Below, in pieces: positions 50,540-62,267 of a DNA stretch of 64,000 nucleotides. Below the pieces are notes generated by a model. The model searched no databases, was not told the origin of the DNA, and worked only from the letters and a program-made list of their open reading frames with translations. Within the stretch, counting starts at the first letter, position 1, and each line of letters opens with the position of its first letter. The stretch comes from an uncultured Candidatus Rokubacteria bacterium (lineage in GTDB: Bacteria > Methylomirabilota > Methylomirabilia > Rokubacteriales > DASRDR01), in assembly GCA_963708025.1 (NCBI GenBank), contig CAVPSB010000013.1, positions 96,001-160,000 of the forward strand, read 5' to 3'. Both the position numbers and the translations under genes were made by a program.

Positions 50540-51607
50540 ATGTCGCTACGGATGAAGGGCCTCCGGCTGGCCCTGGCGTTGCTCTCCGGCTCGACCATCC
50601 TCGCGCTCGATGCCACGCCGGCGGCGGCCCAGACGAAGCTGATCGTCCACGGCGGGAGCCCCAGCCCCAACATCGCCTACATCAACCTCTACGTCGGCCA
50701 GCAAGCCGGGCTGTTCAAGGAAGAGGGGCTCGAGGTCGAGGTGCGCTACGCGTCGGGCGCGGCCATGGCGACGCAGATCACCGCCGCCGACGGCGCCGAC
50801 ATCGGCGACGTCACCTACGAGCCGTTCCTGCTCGGCTACGAGAAGGGGCTGCGGGGCAAGTTCTTCTACGACCGCTACGATCACAACATCTTCTTCATCG
50901 GCGTGCCGGAGGACAGCCCGATCAAGACCATCCAGGATCTGGCCGGCAAGAAGATCGGCGTCTCGAACATGGGCAGCTCGTCCCTGAACGTGGCGAACTC
51001 CATGCTGCGCGGGGCCGGCCTGACGCCCGGCCAGGACATCTTCGTGCCGGTGGGCATCGGTGACTCGGCGATCGCCGCGCTGAGGGCCAACCAGATCCAG
51101 GCCTATTCGCTGTTCGACGCCGCCTACGCCGGTCTCGAGCGATCCGGTCTCAAGCTGCGCTACATCCAGCACCCGACGATCGGCAAGACCGGGAACGGGG
51201 GCTACTTCGCCTCGGATCGGACCCTGTCGCGGAAGCGGGGGGAGATGGTGAAGTTCGTCCGGGCGATGATCAAGGCCCACGTCTTCATCCGGGAGAACAC
51301 GCCGGTGTCGTTGAAGATGTACTGGACGGTGAATCCGGCCGCGCGCGTCGGCGCCACCGAGGCGGATGCCCTCAAGAACGGCATGCAGGAGCTGAGGTTC
51401 GCCCCGTTCTTCAGCGGGCGTCCCGACAACCGGATCGGGAAGTTCGACCTGAAGGGGCTGGAGGCGTACCTGGAGACGCTCGGCAAGGAAGGGATCGTCC
51501 CCCCGAAGTTCACCGTGGCCGATTTCGTCCGCACGGACCTGGTCGAAGAGGCCCACGGCGGACTCGACCTGGCGGCCGTCGCGACGATGGCGCGCAACTG
51601 GAAATAG
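50540..51607 (+). CDS. NMT1/TauA-family ABC substrate-binding protein
   Basis: Signal peptide; GLFKEEGLEVE, IQDLAGKKIGV. Confidence 0.9.
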   Translation: MSLRMKGLRLALALLSGSTILALDATPAAAQTKLIVHGGSPSPNIAYINLYVGQQAGLFKEEGLEVEVRYASGAAMATQITAADGADIGDVTYEPFLLGYEKGLRGKFFYDRYDHNIFFIGVPEDSPIKTIQDLAGKKIGVSNMGSSSLNVANSMLRGAGLTPGQDIFVPVGIGDSAIAALRANQIQAYSLFDAAYAGLERSGLKLRYIQHPTIGKTGNGGYFASDRTLSRKRGEMVKFVRAMIKAHVFIRENTPVSLKMYWTVNPAARVGATEADALKNGMQELRFAPFFSGRPDNRIGKFDLKGLEAYLETLGKEGIVPPKFTVADFVRTDLVEEAHGGLDLAAVATMARNWK

Positions 51608-51727
51608 ACCGGCGGCCGCCCAGCCGCGGGCCAGCGACATCACGTTCGCTGGGCGTTGGGGGGATCGCGGGCGGCCTCGACCGGCGCCTCGGCACCACCG
51701 TCCGGTGAGGCGGTTGCTCGAGACGTG

Positions 51728-52504
51728 ATGGAGCCGTCGCTCATCGAGGTGGACCGGGTGGGCAAGATCTACCCGGCCGCCGACGGCCGGCCCGTCCGCG
51801 CCATCACCTCCGTGTCGTTCTCGGTCAGGGGTGGCGAGTTCATCTCCATCCTCGGGCCCTCCGGCTGCGGGAAGAGCACGCTGTTGATGATGGTGGCCGG
51901 CCTCCTGTCGCCGACCGAGGGCCGCGTCCTGTTCCGAGGCCGTCCCCTCACGGAGCCGCAGAACGACTTCGGGATCGTGTTCCAGGATCCGGTCCTGTTC
52001 CCGTGGCGCACGGTCCAGTCGAACGTGGAGCTCCCGGCCGAGGTGGCCGGGCTCCCGCGGGCCCAGCGCGCCGAGAACGCCGTCGGCATCATCCGCCTGG
52101 TCGGGCTGGAGGGATTCGAGAGCAAGTTCCCCGACGAGCTCTCCGGCGGCATGCAGCAGCGGGTGGCGATCGCCCGAGCGCTGTCGCTCAAGCCGTCGCT
52201 GCTGCTGATGGACGAGCCCTTCGGCGCTCTCGATGCCATCACCCGCGAGCAGATGAACCTGGAGCTCCAGCGGATCAGTCTCCAGTCCAACGCGACGGTG
52301 ATCTTCGTCACCCACTCGCTCTCGGAGGCGGTGTTCCTGGCCGATCGCGTCCTCGTCATGTCGGGACGGCCGGCGACCTTGCGCGACAGTCTCTCGGTCG
52401 GCGTCGCCCGCCCGCGCCCGCTGGAATTCACCGCGACGGAAGCATTCGGGAAGCACCTCTCGCATCTCCGGAGACTGCTGGAGATCACGGGGAGCGCACC
52501 ATGA
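51728..52504 (+). CDS. TauB/SsuB-like ABC ATPase
   Basis: GPSGCGKST, LSGGMQQR, MDEPFGALD. Confidence 0.93.
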   Translation: MEPSLIEVDRVGKIYPAADGRPVRAITSVSFSVRGGEFISILGPSGCGKSTLLMMVAGLLSPTEGRVLFRGRPLTEPQNDFGIVFQDPVLFPWRTVQSNVELPAEVAGLPRAQRAENAVGIIRLVGLEGFESKFPDELSGGMQQRVAIARALSLKPSLLLMDEPFGALDAITREQMNLELQRISLQSNATVIFVTHSLSEAVFLADRVLVMSGRPATLRDSLSVGVARPRPLEFTATEAFGKHLSHLRRLLEITGSAP

Positions 52505-53322
52505 CGACCATGTCCGCGCCCCCGGCGGTGACCGGGCCCGGGCCGGGCCGGCGGCGCCTGCCGTCGGGCCTCCTGGTGCCGGCCACCCTGGCCGCGTTCC
52601 TGCTGCTGTGGGAGGGTGGGGTGCGGCTGCTCCAGGTCCCCGCCTTCATCCTGCCTCCGCCCTCGGCGGTCGTCGGGAAGGCGGCCACCGACCTGGCTTC
52701 CGGCGTCATCTTCCCGCACCTGTGGCAGACCCTGACCGAGATCCTGGCCGGGTTCGCGGCGGCGGCGCTCTGCGGCACCGGTCTGGGCACGGCGATCGCC
52801 CTGGTGCCGGCGCTCAGACGGACGCTGTATCCCTTCGTCCTGGCCAGTCAGACGATCCCGAAGGTGGCGATCGCTCCGCTCTTCATCATCTGGTTCGGGT
52901 ACGGGATCCAGTCGAAGATCGTCACCGTCGCGCTGATCGCCTTCTTTCCGATCATCGTGAACGTGATCGTCGGCCTGGAGACGGTCGATCAACGTCGACT
53001 GCTGTTGATGCGCGCGCTCAAGGGCAGCGCCTGGCAGACGTATCTCAAGGTTCGCCTGCCCAGCATGCTGCCCTTCCTGTTCGCCGGCCTGGAGATCGCC
53101 ATCATCTTCTCGGTCATCGGCGCCATCGTCGCCGAGTTCATCGGCGCCTCGGTCGGGCTGGGCAGCATCATCATCCAGCGACAGGCGGCGGTCGACGTCG
53201 CCGGGGTCTTCTCCGTCCTGGTCTACCTGTCGGTGATGGGAATCGTCCTGAACCTGATCCTGAAGCTGATCGCGCGCCCGTTCGCGTTCTGGTCGCGATC
53301 GAAGGACGTCGTAGGAGCCTAG
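52501..53322 (+). CDS. TauC/SsuC-like ABC permease
   Basis: ILPPPS, QTIPKVAIAPL, GAIVAEF. Confidence 0.92.
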   Translation: MTTMSAPPAVTGPGPGRRRLPSGLLVPATLAAFLLLWEGGVRLLQVPAFILPPPSAVVGKAATDLASGVIFPHLWQTLTEILAGFAAAALCGTGLGTAIALVPALRRTLYPFVLASQTIPKVAIAPLFIIWFGYGIQSKIVTVALIAFFPIIVNVIVGLETVDQRRLLLMRALKGSAWQTYLKVRLPSMLPFLFAGLEIAIIFSVIGAIVAEFIGASVGLGSIIIQRQAAVDVAGVFSVLVYLSVMGIVLNLILKLIARPFAFWSRSKDVVGA

Positions 53323-53430
53323 CGCATCGGCGGAGGGGGCCACCGATCACCCCCGTGGTACACTGCCCGAGCAGACCGCGGCCCCGTCTTTCCGCGTCGT
53401 TTCGAACCGAACGCCCAGAGGAGGACATCG

Positions 53431-54609
53431 ATGCGACGGACACTGATCGGACTCGGCATCCTCGCCGTGGCCCTGCTCACGGCGCCTCCGGCGGACGCGC
53501 AGCCGACGATCAAGATCGGGCTGATCATGCCGTATTCCGGTCAGTTCGCCGACACCGCGGCGCAGATGGACAACGCCATCAAGCTCTACGTGAAGCAGAA
53601 GGGCGACACCGTGGCCGGCCGGAAGATCGAGTTCATCCGCCGGGATACCGGCGGCGTGGCGCCGGACGTCGCCAAGCGCCTGGCTCAGGAGCTGATCGTG
53701 CGCGACAACGTCGACCTCCTGGCCGGCTTCGTGCTCACGCCCAACGCGCTGGCCGCCGGCGACGTCTCGGCGGAGGCGAAGAAGTTCATGGTGGTCATGA
53801 ACGCGGCGACGTCGATCATCACGACCAAGTCGCCCTACATGGCGCGGACCTCGGTCACCACCCCGCAACTGAACGAGTCGTTCGGCTCGTGGGCCTACAA
53901 GAGCGGCGTCCGGAAGATCTACTCGATGGTGTCCGACTTCGGTCCCGCCCACGACGCCGAAGGTGCCTTCCAGCGGGCGTTCAAGGAAGCCGGCGGCGAG
54001 ATCGTCGGCTCGGTGCGTTTCCCGGTGGCCAATCCCGACTTCTCGGCCTTCATCCAGCGCGCCAAGGACCTGAACCCGGAGGCGATCTACATCTGGGTCC
54101 CCGGCGGGGTGCAGCCGGCCGCGATCGGCAAGGCGCTGGCCGAGCGGGGCATCGACCCCCGGAAGACCAAGATCCTCGGCCAGGGCGAGCTGACCGAGGA
54201 AGAAGCGCTGAAGAGCATGGGCGACGCCGGGCTCGGCATCATCACCGTCTACCACTACGACTACAACCACGACTCCCCGCTGAACCGGGAGTTCGTCAAG
54301 GCCTACCAGGAGGCCAACGGGCGCAACCCGAACATCTACAGCATCGGCGGCTACGACGGCATGCACCTCATCTACGAGGCGCTGAAGAAGACCGGCGGCA
54401 AGACCGACGGCGACTCCCTGATCGCGGCGGCCAAGGGGATGAAGTGGGAGAGCCCGCGGGGCCCGATCTCCATCGATCCCGACACCCGCGACATCGTCCA
54501 GACCGTCTACATCCGGCGGGTGGAGAAGGTGGGCGGCCAGCTGCGCAACGTCGAGTTCGACAAGGTCGAGAACGTCAAGGATCCGGTCAAGGCCCGCGCC
54601 ACGAAGTGA
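53431..54609 (+). CDS. LivK-like ABC substrate-binding protein (aromatic-acid type)
   Basis: Signal peptide, IKIGLIMPYSG, GYDGM, SPRGPI. Confidence 0.92.
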   Translation: MRRTLIGLGILAVALLTAPPADAQPTIKIGLIMPYSGQFADTAAQMDNAIKLYVKQKGDTVAGRKIEFIRRDTGGVAPDVAKRLAQELIVRDNVDLLAGFVLTPNALAAGDVSAEAKKFMVVMNAATSIITTKSPYMARTSVTTPQLNESFGSWAYKSGVRKIYSMVSDFGPAHDAEGAFQRAFKEAGGEIVGSVRFPVANPDFSAFIQRAKDLNPEAIYIWVPGGVQPAAIGKALAERGIDPRKTKILGQGELTEEEALKSMGDAGLGIITVYHYDYNHDSPLNREFVKAYQEANGRNPNIYSIGGYDGMHLIYEALKKTGGKTDGDSLIAAAKGMKWESPRGPISIDPDTRDIVQTVYIRRVEKVGGQLRNVEFDKVENVKDPVKARATK

Positions 54610-54653
54610 CCGATCGCCCCCGCTGACGATCGGCTAGCGACGGGCGCTCGGCC

Positions 54654-55517
54654 ATGCTCGCTCCCGTCCTCGGCGTCCTGTTCGACGGGTTCGCCTACGG
54701 GATGCTGCTGTTCCTCCTGTCGGTGGGGCTGTCGGTGACACTGGGCATGATGAATTTCGTCAACCTGGCGCACTGCAGCTTCGCCATGCTCGGCGGCTAC
54801 GTCACCGTGACGCTGATGCAGCGGCTGGAGTGGCCGTTCCTCGCCACGCTGCCGGTCGCCTTCCTCTCGGCGGCGCTAGCCAGCGTCGTGCTCGAGCGCC
54901 TGCTGTACCGCCGACTGTACCGCGCGAGCGATCTCGACCAGTGCCTGCTGACGATCGGCATCGTCTTCATCTCGGTCGCGGTGGCGGCGTACACTTACGG
55001 GACAACCCAGCAGCCGATCCAGACCCCGTCCTACCTGCGGGGGTCGGTCGCGCTCGGAGGCCTCAGCCTCGGCGTGTACCGGCTCTTCCTGATCGGCACC
55101 GCGCTGGCGATCACCCTCGCGCTGGTCGCCGCGCTCGAATACACGCGCTTCGGCGCTCAGGTGCGCGCCGCCGTCGACAATCAGCGCATGGCGCGCGGAC
55201 TCGGCATCGACGTCGACCGCGCGTTCGCGATCACCTTCGCGCTGGGGAGCGGGCTGGCCGGCCTGGGCGGGGCGCTGGCCATCGAGATCGTCGGCCTCGA
55301 TCCAGCCTTTGCGTTCACGTACCTGGTGTACGTCCTCATCGTGGTGTCGGTGGGAGGGCTGGGCTCCATCGGCGGCTCGTTCGCCGCCGCCACTCTTCTC
55401 GGCGTGAGCGACGTCGCCGGCAAGTACTACGTCCCCGAGCTGGGCGCGTTCCTGATCTACCTGGTCATGGTCGGGCTGCTGATGTGGCGGCCGGCCGGCT
55501 TGTTCGGCCGACGGTAG
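54654..55517 (+). CDS. LivH-like ABC permease
   Basis: GMMNFVNLAH, TRFGAQVRA, VGGLGS. Confidence 0.92.
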   Translation: MLAPVLGVLFDGFAYGMLLFLLSVGLSVTLGMMNFVNLAHCSFAMLGGYVTVTLMQRLEWPFLATLPVAFLSAALASVVLERLLYRRLYRASDLDQCLLTIGIVFISVAVAAYTYGTTQQPIQTPSYLRGSVALGGLSLGVYRLFLIGTALAITLALVAALEYTRFGAQVRAAVDNQRMARGLGIDVDRAFAITFALGSGLAGLGGALAIEIVGLDPAFAFTYLVYVLIVVSVGGLGSIGGSFAAATLLGVSDVAGKYYVPELGAFLIYLVMVGLLMWRPAGLFGRR

Positions 55518-55623
55518 GGGCGGGCCCCGAGACTTGACAGGTATGCCATGACTTTGGCGAGTCAGAGCCGCATTCCTTCGTGAGTCCTCTCCCTGCGTCC
55601 TCGATAGGCTCGCTATTGGAGCC

Positions 55624-55663
55624 CGTACTCATCTCGAGTGGCCAGAACGGTCGGATGAGTACG
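55624..55663. repeat. 10-bp perfect inverted repeat just upstream of the livM-like start
   Basis: CGTACTCATC / GATGAGTACG. Confidence 0.5.
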
Positions 55664-55667
55664 CCCG

Positions 55668-56666
55668 ATGACGGGCGCGGCCGGGGTGGTCGAGGATCCG
55701 CACCGGTATCTGGAGGGGCGGGCGCGGTGGGGGCGACTCGAGGTCGCCTTCTGGCTCGCCCTGCTGCTCCCGCTCCTCCTCTTCCCGTCGCATCTCCAGC
55801 TGGCCAGCCAGATCGCCATCACGGCCCTCTTCGCGCTGTCCCTCGATCTCATCCTGGGCTACGCGGGCATCGTGTCGCTGGGCCACGCCGCGTTCTTCGG
55901 ACTGGGCGCCTATACCGCCGGCATCGCCTCCCGGGCCGGCTGGGGCGAGCCCCTCTCCGGGCTCCTGATGGCGGCGCTGGTGGCGGGGTCGGTTGGATAC
56001 GCCACGAGCTTCATCATCGCTCGATTTCGCCACCTGGCCCTGATCATGATCACGCTCGGGCTGGGTCTGCTGCTCCACGAGGCCGCCAACAAGGCGCACT
56101 GGCTGACCGGCGGCGCCGACGGGCTCCAGGGCGTGCGCACCTGGCCGCTGCTCGCCTACTTCCGCTTCGACCTGTACGGCTACACCGCCTACACGTACTC
56201 GCTCGCCGTCCTGTTCCTGGTATTCCTGGCGGCGCGACGGCTCATCAATTCGCCGTTCGGCCTGGCGCTGCGCGGGATCCGGGAGAACCCGATCCGGATG
56301 CCCGCCATCGGAGCACCGAGCCGCTCGCACGTCCGGACGATCTACACCATCTCCGCCGTCATCGCCGGCATCGCCGGCGCCCTGCTCGCCCAGACGACGC
56401 AGACCGTGTCGCTCGGGACCCTGGACTTCCAGCGATCGGCGGACCTGCTCGTCATCCTGACCCTCGGGGGTCCCGGCCGGCTCTACGGCGGCCTGATCGG
56501 GGCCATCGTCTTCATGGTCGCGCGCGACCGGTTCTCCGGGATCAACCCGCAGTACTGGTATTTCTGGATCGGCGCCCTCCTGGTCCTGGTGGTGATCCTG
56601 CTGCCCAACGGCATTCTCGGCGGGCTGGCCCAGCTCACCGCGTCGCGGCGTAACCGGTCGGCGTGA
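55668..56666 (+). CDS. LivM-like ABC permease
   Basis: GYAGIVSLGHAAFFGLGAY, TGGADG, SPFGLALRGIREN. Confidence 0.92.
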   Translation: MTGAAGVVEDPHRYLEGRARWGRLEVAFWLALLLPLLLFPSHLQLASQIAITALFALSLDLILGYAGIVSLGHAAFFGLGAYTAGIASRAGWGEPLSGLLMAALVAGSVGYATSFIIARFRHLALIMITLGLGLLLHEAANKAHWLTGGADGLQGVRTWPLLAYFRFDLYGYTAYTYSLAVLFLVFLAARRLINSPFGLALRGIRENPIRMPAIGAPSRSHVRTIYTISAVIAGIAGALLAQTTQTVSLGTLDFQRSADLLVILTLGGPGRLYGGLIGAIVFMVARDRFSGINPQYWYFWIGALLVLVVILLPNGILGGLAQLTASRRNRSA

Positions 56667-57410
56667 ACCCCCCGGCCCTGTCGACGCGGGGGCTCGACAA
56701 GAGCTTCGGGTCCTTGGTGGTGGCCGCGGGCATCGAGCTCTCCCTTCCGCGAGGGGTGCGCTACGCCCTGATCGGTCCGAACGGGGCCGGGAAGACGACG
56801 CTGATCAACCTGATGACCGGCTTGCTGCAGCCCGACGCCGGTCGGATCTTCCTGGGCGACGAGGACATCACCCGGCTGGCGCCGGAGCGGCGCGTCGAGC
56901 GCGGGCTCGTGCGCACGTTCCAGATCAATGCCCTGTTCCCGCATCTCAACCCGCTCGAGTCCGTGACGCTCGCGGTCTGCGAGCGGCGCGGCGTCGCCGC
57001 AACCTGGTGGCGAGGCCTGACCGGCTACCGCGAAGAGGTGGACGAGGCCTACGAGATCCTGAGGTCGCTGACGCTGGGCCCGGTGTGCTATCGAGCGACC
57101 CGCGAGCTCGCCTACGGGCAACAGCGGCTCCTCGAGATCGCGCTCGCGCTGGCGACGAGGCCGAAGGTCCTGCTGCTGGACGAGCCGGCGGCCGGGGTGC
57201 CCCGGGACGAGAGCGCCGAGCTGTTCGGCGCGATCGCCGGTCTGTCGCCGGACCTCACCGTGCTGTTCATCGAGCACGACATGAACGTGGTGTTCCGGTT
57301 CGCCAGCCGCATCATCGTCATGGTCGGCGGCCGGATCCTCGTGGAGGGCGAGCCGGCCGAGATCGCCGGCGATCCGCGCGTGCGGGAGGTCTATCTCGGC
57401 GGAGCGCGTC

Positions 57411-57418
<8 letters not shown>
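56663..57418 (+). CDS. LivG-like ABC ATPase
   Basis: GPNGAGKTT, LAYGQQR, DEPAAG, IEHDM. Confidence 0.93.
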
Positions 57419-58151
<733 letters not shown>

Positions 58152-58154
58152 GGG

Positions 58155-59030
58155 CTAGGGCGTCAGCTTGACGATGGAGTCCTCGTACCGACCCGAGCCC
58201 ATGCCGCCCTCGGCGAAGATGCCGTGCTCGGCGATCCACCGGAAGGTCTCGTCGAAGACCTCCTTGGTGTACGGCTCGAACACGATGCGCTCGCCCGGAC
58301 CCCACCGGCGAGTGTCCATCATCGCGTGGTAGCGGACCGGGAATTCCTTCTTGTAGTAGTGCGTGTGGAGGTCGGGTCGCAGATCGATGGCGCGCTGCGC
58401 CCGCTGCAGGGCGCGGAAGAACTTCCGCAGATCCTCGGGATCCGGGTCGCCGTGGATCATGGTGGTGATCATGAAGGTGGTGTCGATGATCTTGCGGAAT
58501 CCGAGTTGCTCGGCGAAGTAGTAGGGTCCGCTGAACAACGTCGACGCCGGCGCCTTGCCGTCGATCAGGAGCTCCATGCGCTTGAACAGCATGCCGTCGT
58601 TGAACGACAGGCTGATCCGGTCGGCCGGCATGTACTGCTCGAGCGCCTGGATGGTCGCGTAGTGGCTGCCGGACTGGTAGCCGACCGAGATCGGCACCCC
58701 GGCCAGGTCGTCCGGCGTCTTCACCGGGGAGTCGGCCGGCACGAAGATGCCCGAGGGCGCCACCGAGTAGGCGTCGCTGTAGAGCTTGCCGTGACCGCTC
58801 GACGCCGCGACGCCGACCGTCCAGTGGCAGGCGCAGCTCACGTCGGAGGCCCGGCCTTTCTCGAACGACTGGTAGGCGCCGACCCGGCTGCCCTGGTCGT
58901 GGATCTTGCCGTCGGTGGACTGGACCAGCTCCCGGAAGACGTAGTCGAGGCCCTCGTCCCTGAAGTAGCCCTTCTCCTCGGCGACCCACTCCTGCAGCCG
59001 GAAGTGCGGCTCGATGACGAACTGAGGCAT
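58155..59030 (-). CDS. NMT1/SsuA-fold protein without a signal peptide
   Basis: WVAEEKGYFRDEGL, DSPVKTPDDLAG; polar N-terminus; SCACHW motif. Confidence 0.75.
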   Translation of the reverse strand: MPQFVIEPHFRLQEWVAEEKGYFRDEGLDYVFRELVQSTDGKIHDQGSRVGAYQSFEKGRASDVSCACHWTVGVAASSGHGKLYSDAYSVAPSGIFVPADSPVKTPDDLAGVPISVGYQSGSHYATIQALEQYMPADRISLSFNDGMLFKRMELLIDGKAPASTLFSGPYYFAEQLGFRKIIDTTFMITTMIHGDPDPEDLRKFFRALQRAQRAIDLRPDLHTHYYKKEFPVRYHAMMDTRRWGPGERIVFEPYTKEVFDETFRWIAEHGIFAEGGMGSGRYEDSIVKLTP

Positions 59031-59200
59031 CTCTCGGTCTCCTTGCGCGGGTGGTCTCGACCGTCCCGATAGTGCCCGATCCGGCGGCCGAGCGTCAAGC
59101 CAGCACCGGGCCCCGCGGGGCCGGGTTGTCGAGCGATCGACGGCTCGTCCAGGCTGAAACCGGGGCACCCGGTCGAGCGAGGACCGCCGGGCGCCAGGGG

Positions 59201-61779
59201 TTACGCGCGCCGGGGGAGCGATGCAAGAACGGAGCGCAGCTGCTGCTCGTCGATCGGCTTGACCAGGTGCCGATCGAACCCGGCCTCTTCGGCGCGCCGC
59301 CGGTCCTCAGCCTGCCCATACCCCGTGAGCGCGATCAGACAGATCCCTCCACCGCCCGGCGCCTCGCGCACGGACCGGGCCAGATCGTACCCGTCGCGGC
59401 CTGGCAGGCCGATGTCCACGAACGCCACTTCGGGACGGGTGGTGAGGAGGCGCTCCAGCCCCCCGACACCATTGTCCGCTTCCTCCACCTCGTGGCCCCA
59501 CAGTCGGAGCCAGAGGCAGAGGCTGTCCCGGGCATCCGCGTGGTCCTCGATCACGAGGATGCGTCGCGGCGGGCCCTCGGACGGGGCCGTGCCCGACCGG
59601 ACGACCTCGGGCGCCACCCGGAGGAGCGGCAGGCGAACCGTGAACTCGCTGCCGCGGTCCTGACCCTCGCTGGCGACCGCGATGCGGCCGCCGTGGAGCT
59701 CGACGAGACGCTTCGCCAGCGTCAGCCCCATGCCGAGACCCCCCTGGGAGCGGTCGAGCGACTGCGCGCCCTGGACGAACAGCTCGAACACGCCCGGCAA
59801 CACCTTGGGCGGGATGCCGACGCCGCTGTCCCGGACCCGCAGGACTGCCTCGTCCTTCTCCCGGGTCACCGCGATGTCGATGCGGCCGCCCGGCGGCGTG
59901 TACTTGAGCGCGTTGTCGAGGAGGTTGCCAACCACCTGCTCCAAGCGAGTCGGGTCCCCGTGGACGAGCCCCGTGTCGCCGGCCAGGCCTATCTGGTGCT
60001 GTCCGGTGCGTCCGGCGTGTTGCAGTGCCGTCAGGCACCGGTCCACGACCTCCCTCAAGTCGAACCCGCTGTCGTTGCAGGAGGATCTTGCCGGAGGTGA
60101 CCCGCGCCACGTCGAGGAGATCGTTGACCAGTCGGGCGAGGTGGCTCGCTTGCCGCCGGATGATCGCGTGCACGCGCGCGGCCTCCGCGCCGGGCGACTC
60201 GACCCGCTCGAGGACGCCGATGGCGCTGGTGATCGCGCCCAGCGGATTGCGGAGCTCGTGCCCCAGCATCGCCAGGAACTCGTCCTTCGCGCGGCTGGCC
60301 GCCTCGGCCTCGGCGCGTGCCGCCCGCTCGCGCACGAGCAAGGCGGCGCGCTCGACCTCCGCTTGCCTGCGCTCGATGAACTGGCCGATCTGGCTGCCGA
60401 TGACCGTCATCATCTCGAGCAGGTCGAACGTCCGGCCGCTCGATCCTCCGGCTGAAGAACTCGATGACGCCCCACGTGCGACCCCCCAGGACGATCGGGA
60501 ACGCAAACGCCCCGTGGAGCCCCTCCCGGGCGGCGATCGGCGCCCGGGGGAAGTTGGCGTCCGGCACCACGTCGAGGATCCAGACGGCCCGGCCATCCGC
60601 CCACACCCGCCCCGGCAGGCCGACCCCCGGCCCAAAGGTCCGCTGGCGCGTGGCCGCCTCGAATTCCGGGAACGAGCGCCGCGCCGCGACCCAGACCACG
60701 GTGCAGCGCAGCGCGCCGATGCCCTGGTCAACGGTCCACAGGGCGCCCACCGGCCACTCGAGGCTCCCCCCGACCGCCCGCAGGATCCGCGGCGCCGCCT
60801 CGGTCAGGCTCGCCGAGTCGGCCAGCGCGTGGGTGACCGCGTAGTCCGCCGCCCGCCGTCGCTCCGCCACGTCTCGCTCGTGGATCGCCGCGGCGAGAAC
60901 GAGCCCGCTCATGGCCACGACCCCGAGGAAGACCTGCAGCAGGATCAGGCTATCGTTCAAGTCTCCCGTCGCGAACGGCCCGGAGCCACGCATTGTGCCC
61001 CAGACCGCGATGGCCGAAGCGACGGCCGTCACGGTCGCGGTGCCGATCTGGCCGAACCGGAGGGCGGCCCACATCAGGAACGGGAAGATCGTGTACTCCA
61101 GCGGGTGGCTGCTGGCGGCCCGCCCGAGCACGCCGGTGAACACCAGTAGGCCGATGAGCCCGAGGGCCGCGAGTCCACCCCCGGCCTCGGCGAGGCGGGC
61201 GGCGGGCCAGCGCCGTCGCCAGCCGGCGACCAAGGCGAGGAGCACCGGCGCGACGACCAGCGCCCCCATGGCATCGCCCAGCCACCACACCACCCAGATC
61301 GACCAGAAGGAGGTCCAGGGTTGAACGCCCCCCAGGGCGAGACTCGTGACCCCGATCGTGGCGCTGATCGTCGGGCTCGCCAGCGCGCCGAAGACGATGA
61401 GCCCGAGCGCGTCGCGTAGCCGGTCCACCGACTGACCCATCCCCACGACCCGCTGGAGCAGCCAGGCCCCGACGACGGCCTCCAGCGTGTTCCCGGTGGC
61501 GATCCCCGCCGCGGTGGCGAGCGGCTCGTGGGCGGTCGCGTTCGCCAGGAAGGCCCCGAGCCAGATGGCAGGCGCGATGCGGTCGCCGAGAAGCAGGACC
61601 GCCGTGAGCGCGATGCCGGTCGGCGGCCAGACGGCCGTGACCTGCTCGGCGACGACGGCCAGGCGCAGGCCGAGCTTCGCCGTCGCGAAGTAGCCGGCCG
61701 CGACGCCGAGCGCGATCGCGAGGAACCGGAGATCGTGCGCGCCTGCGCGTCGTGTCATCACGCCGGCCGGGTCGGACAT
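59201..61779 (-). CDS. MASE1-GAF-HisKA-HATPase-receiver hybrid sensor kinase, frameshifts near 60425 and 60060
   Basis: VWPPTG and WWLGD (MASE1); GLPGRVW (GAF); GHELRNPL; NLLDNALKY; GLGMGL; DIGLP. Confidence 0.9.
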
Positions 61780-62267
61780 GGGCGGTGGACGGGGACGGAA
61801 GGCCGAGAATCCATGCTGGTCTCCCCGGACTCCCCGGCCCCCCTTCGACGAGAAGTCCGCGCGATGCAGTCGATGCCGACACTGTCGTGCAACCTGCCCT
61901 CCACGTCAAGCGCCACTGCCGGCCACGAGGTCGAGCACGGGGCCCGCCGCGCCGAGCAGCCGGGCCTCCGCATCGTGGAGCGGCCGATGGGTCCGCGCCG
62001 GCGGGTGCCCCGGCGGAAGCGCCCGCGTCGGGGTCGCGAGGCCGGGGAGCAGGCGCCCGAGGCGCCCGGCCGCGCCCACCTCGGCGGGAGGGGGCCGGCT
62101 CCCCACTTTCGTTCTCGACGTCGTCGATGCCACTATGAGTCCATGGCTGGCTCGCCCCCTTCCGCGGCCTCGACCGCGTCAGCTCTCCGGGGAGCCGCGT
62201 GTGCCAACGCGTCGAGTGGAGACCAGCCGCTTCATCCCATTCCCTCCGTCGAAGGAGCAACCGCGCC

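Noticed and set aside
61780-62260. Short ORFs between the kinase and the MFS gene
   Set aside because: No motifs or convincing codon pattern; treated as a divergent intergenic region.
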